From Anaeramoeba ignava BMAN (taxonomy: Eukaryota > Protista > Anaeramoebae), in assembly GCA_028826165.1 (NCBI GenBank), contig JAPDFW010000009.1, forward strand, positions 1 through 64,000: a stretch of 64,000 nucleotides of DNA, written 5' to 3'. Under the pieces are notes generated by a model. That model saw nothing but the letters and a program-made list of their open reading frames with translations, did no database searches and was not told the origin of the DNA. Shown piece by piece: positions 60,349 through 64,000 of this stretch; positions within the stretch are counted from its first letter, which is position 1, and every line of letters starts with the position of its first letter. The position numbers and the translations under genes are program-made.

Positions 60349-63071
60349 TCATTTCCGAAAAACAAATTCACTTAAAGGAGAATCATAACTTGAACTAACT
60401 TTTAAATTTTGAAAATGTTTCTTCAATTTGGGTTTTTGAGGAGTTAATTGTTTCTTTTTAGATTCAATATTGAGTTGAGAATCTGCAGAATCAAAATTTC
60501 TTTTTGCAAATAAATTAAAATGAGGATTTGATAAAATTCCATCATTTTCAAAATTCATGATTGAATTTTTGGAAACAAGATTTTGTTTGCGATGTTTATT
60601 TTGAGTTTCATCAAAAATCAACACAAGTTTTTGAACAGCAAACGATTTATTTTCTTCAACAAAAAAAGGTTCATAAAATTTAAGATGAGAAACACTTTCA
60701 ACTCTTTTTTTTAATTGAAGAAATTGACCTTCTTGAGGAACAACACTGATCAATCGATACAAAGCCTCATAAAGCTTCTGGTACAAAGATGGCTCAGTAA
60801 GATGAAGTCTCTGGAAAACAAAGACAAAAGAGTCAAAGAAATGAGCGAATATTTCTAGTTCTTTTAGAAACAAAACTGTCATGTCAACTTGGGAAATGAT
60901 TTGGATCAGATCACTTGCAAGTGAGTAATCTTGAGCCAAAAAGCACAAACTGAGTGTAGAGCCTGTGCAACAACACCATGCCTTGAAGATAACCTCGAAT
61001 ATGTCTTCTTTTATTTGTTCTTGTTCTTGATCTTTTTCGATTATCTGTTTTGACGGTGTTGTCGGTTGCCGGAAATTTTGCGAATTTTTTTGTTTTGGAT
61101 CAATTAGGGACAATTTTTCGAACTTTTCTTCTTCTTCTGTTTTTTGTTGAAGAGAATGGAAATCCTTGAAGGCGCGATCAAAGTTTGAGAGGAGATGGTT
61201 GTGCTGTGATTGATCAGAATGGATGCCGATAAGAAGGTTCCGAAGATTCTCAACTTCTGGCGAAGTTAATAAAATGAAGTTAAGTGATTGAACCATAATT
61301 TGTCTGAATTTGAGCTGTTTTTCTTTCTGCAAAACAAGAGATAACTGACGGAAAAGTTGCTCGTCATCAACTAAATGAGCGACTTTTTCGAGAATCATTA
61401 CTCCTTTTGTTGTCAAAAGATCTTGTTTTTGCTGGAAAAACTCGACCAAGTTGAGGATGAAAATTTCGAATTTTTCGTGTGACAATCCTGAAAGTTCACA
61501 CAGAATCGAGATGGCAAGACTGAGTATATTATCTGAGGGGTTTGAGAGATATAGTAATAAATGTGGGAAAAAATTATCGGAAAAGGACTCGAATTTTTTG
61601 GGACTTTTTTTATGGATAATAGACACCCATTCAAGACTTGTATAAAATGTCGGTTCAAATTGAAGTAAATTAATCACACTCATTTCAGACACTTTGACAA
61701 TGATCTGAAAAACAGAATCGTAAATATTTCTCACGTCAAAATATTCGCTTTTGACCAGTTTGATGAGAGCTGAATTCACATGTTTGGCTGATGTTGAAAT
61801 TTTTTCATTTTCATTTGAAAGTGAGAAAATCATTGATTTCATTAGGGAAGGTAAATGTTCGCAAGGAAAAGGAAAGATTCCTTTGTAAGCCATTGATATC
61901 AAAACTCTCATCCATTCTAATGCTGTTTCTGTTGTTTTTATGTCCATTGATTCTGAATATAATGTAGATATTTTGACTAAAGTTTTGTAATCAATATCTT
62001 GTGTTTTTTCTATTTTTTGTAATGAAAGTTCTTTAAGAACTTCTGCTAATAATTTTTCAGATGATTGTTGAACTTCTTTTCTTTGTGAAGATAAAAAGTG
62101 ATAGAGTCCATCAAGAAGTTGAGATATATATGTGAGAATATCTACTTCTGGGAACTGAATTGATTGTATTAATCCAACCAACAATAAATAATTGGACATC
62201 CCTTTTAATTTTTTAAATGAATTTTAATTTTTAAATTTAATTTTAATTTTAATTTTAATTTTGATTTTAATTTTAATTTGAATTTTAATTTTGATTTTAA
62301 TTTTAATTTGAATTTTAATTTTAATTTTAAATTTAATTTTAAATTTAATTTTAATTTTTAATTTTAATTTTAATTTTAATTTTAATTTTAATTTTAATTT
62401 TAATTTTAATTTTAATTTTAATTTATAAATGAATTTTAATTATAATTTTAATTTTAATTTTAATTTTAATTTATAAATGAATTTTTAAATGAATTCAAAT
62501 ATCTTGTTTACTCATTTTTAACATAAATTAACTCTTTCAAAATAGAAATTAAAATTTGAACTCTAAATTTAGAATTTGAAATAGATTCAGTAACAAAATC
62601 CTTAAGAAGATTATCAAGAAATCTAACAGACTTTTTAATAATATCATTTTGGTCAGAAAAAAGGACAGAAAAACCGACAAGAATTTCTTTAATAAGACTA
62701 AAAATTTGGTCTTTTGAAACTTTTGCGATATTATAAAAGACTTCACAAGCAGCAAATCTAACTGAAAAATCAGGATCAGAAAAACAATAAATAACATGTT
62801 TTAAAATTAAATCTTGAAAAATCAATAAAGAATCGCCTAATCCAACTGCTATTGCTGATAAACCCATTAAACACCCTTTTCTTTGATTAATATTCGGTGA
62901 ATTGAGTAATTTGTTAGTTAGAAATTGTATTAATTTTGATGTTTTTTCATGTTGATCTTGCTTAGTAAAATCTATAACTGAAATTGTTATTTCTTTTCCT
63001 GCTTGTTTTCTTTTTTCATATGTTTTATCAAAAAGATTTCTTTGAATACTTTCACTTACAGAAAAATCCAT
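60349..63071 (-). CDS. VAC14: VAC14 (PIKfyve/Fab1 scaffold), intron 62202-62511; 1-nt frameshift at ~62151
   Basis: RNLFDKTYEKRK, RKGCLMGLSAIAVGLG, VRFAACEVFYNIAKVSK, DVQLFIVGWINTINSVP/EVDIL, MVQSLNFILLTSPE, LSLCFLAQDY, FVFQRLHL.EP. Confidence 0.9.
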
Positions 63072-63180
63072 TAAAAAAAAAAGAAAAAGAAAAATAAAAA
63101 ATAAAAAATAAAAAAAAAGGAGAAAAATTTTTTTTTTCATTTTTTTCATTTTTTTTTATTTTTTCTTCTTCTTTTTAATA

Positions 63181-64000
63181 ATGGAAAAAGCTGCTGAAAA
63201 AATTACTATTTTATCTGAACATTTAAATGGTCTTCTTGCTCAAATTTATAATATAAAACAATTGGTAAAAAAAAAACACAAATTTTTTTTTTAATTAACG
63301 TTTTAATTTAAATTTTATTTTGAAATTATTTATTTAGTTTGATGGTCCTTCAGCTCCTCCTTATTTTGTTGATGATAAAATGAGTAAAGCAATTGTTAAA
63401 GGTTTTAAGAAGTTTGGACAACAAAAAGTTTCTGATAAATTTTATGTTGTAAATTAAAATTAAATATAAAATTAAATACAAAATTAAATATAAAATTTAA
63501 TACAAAATTAATCACAAAATTAAATATAAAATTAAATACAAAATTAAATACAAAATTAAATACAAAATTAAATACAAAATTAAATATAAATTAAATATAA
63601 AATTAAATTCAAAATTTAATATAAAATTAAATACAAAATTAAATATAAAATTAAATATAAAATTAAATATAAAATTAAATACAAAATTAAATATAAAATT
63701 AAATATAAAATTAAATATAAAATTTAATACAAAATTAATTATAAAATTTAATACAAAATTAAATATAAAATTTAATATAAAATTAATCACAAAATTAAAT
63801 ATAAAATTAAATATAAAATTAAATATAAAATTTAATTTTAAAATTTAAAACAAAAATTAAATACAAAATTAATTACAAAATTAAATATAAAATTAATCAC
63901 AAAATTAAATATAAATTAAATATAAAATTTAATATAAAATTAAATACAAAAATTAAATATAAAATTTAATATAATTTAATTACAAAATTAAATATAAAAT
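63181..64000 (+). CDS. NCKAP1: 5' end of NCKAP1/Nap1/Hem (WAVE complex); exons 63181-63264 and 63339-63448, continues beyond the window
   Basis: MEKAAEKITILSEHLNGLLAQIYNIKQL|FDGPSAPPYFVDDKMSKAIVKGFKKF matches the Nap1 N-terminus (AEKLTIL...LYNIKK...P.YL.DK). Confidence 0.82.
63449..64000 (+). repeat. Intronic 12-bp AAAATTAAATA(T/C) satellite
   Basis: Starts immediately after the GTAAAT donor. Confidence 0.9.

Noticed and set aside
62140-62160. Programmed frameshifting (VAC14 GTT CCC AGA; also the RING, ARM, TRAPPC9, Acinus, ZNF598-like and RCC1-E shifts)
   Set aside because: Shifts go in both directions, fall mostly in homopolymers or microsatellites and share no motif. Long-read indel error is more likely; short reads would settle it.
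1-64000. tRNA, rRNA, U12-type (AT-AC) introns, autonomous transposons
   Set aside because: None recognised; all reconstructed introns are GT-AG without the U12 GTATCCTT donor.

Overview
Very AT-rich, intron-rich eukaryotic (protist) genomic DNA with about 27 genes or gene fragments. Housekeeping genes reconstructed across GT-AG introns: a ZNF598/Hel2-like 3' end, MED22, a RING protein, PRA1, V-ATPase V0 subunit d, a Ras-family GTPase, organelle-targeted methylmalonyl-CoA mutase, TMEM245-like, TRAPPC9, a THH1/GPR137-like 7TM protein, TAF12, Acinus, VAC14 and the 5' end of NCKAP1. These are interleaved with expanded families: six RCC1-propeller/BTB genes plus a 3' fragment, BTB-TLDc, Kelch-BTB, three divergent actins and a 22-exon ARM-repeat gene. 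Gene content, EN/QN microsatellites and TCATT initiator-like motifs suggest a metamonad such as Anaeramoeba (inference only). Main observations: (1) a ~180-nt minus-strand four-hairpin RNA with an Sm-like site, sitting in a microsatellite spacer (15587-15770); (2) introns inflated up to 2.9 kb by intron-specific, mostly G-poor satellites that run into the 3' splice site; (3) CDR-like hypervariability and mosaicism in the RCC1-BTB propellers; (4) a satellite derived from the RCC1-BTB coding 3' end; (5) an A-to-T synonymous skew that resets at each exon; (6) a repeat-flanked BTB-TLDc cassette. Several single-base frameshifts in conserved genes indicate uncorrected long-read indels. All assignments are by eye from motif recognition; no searches were run.
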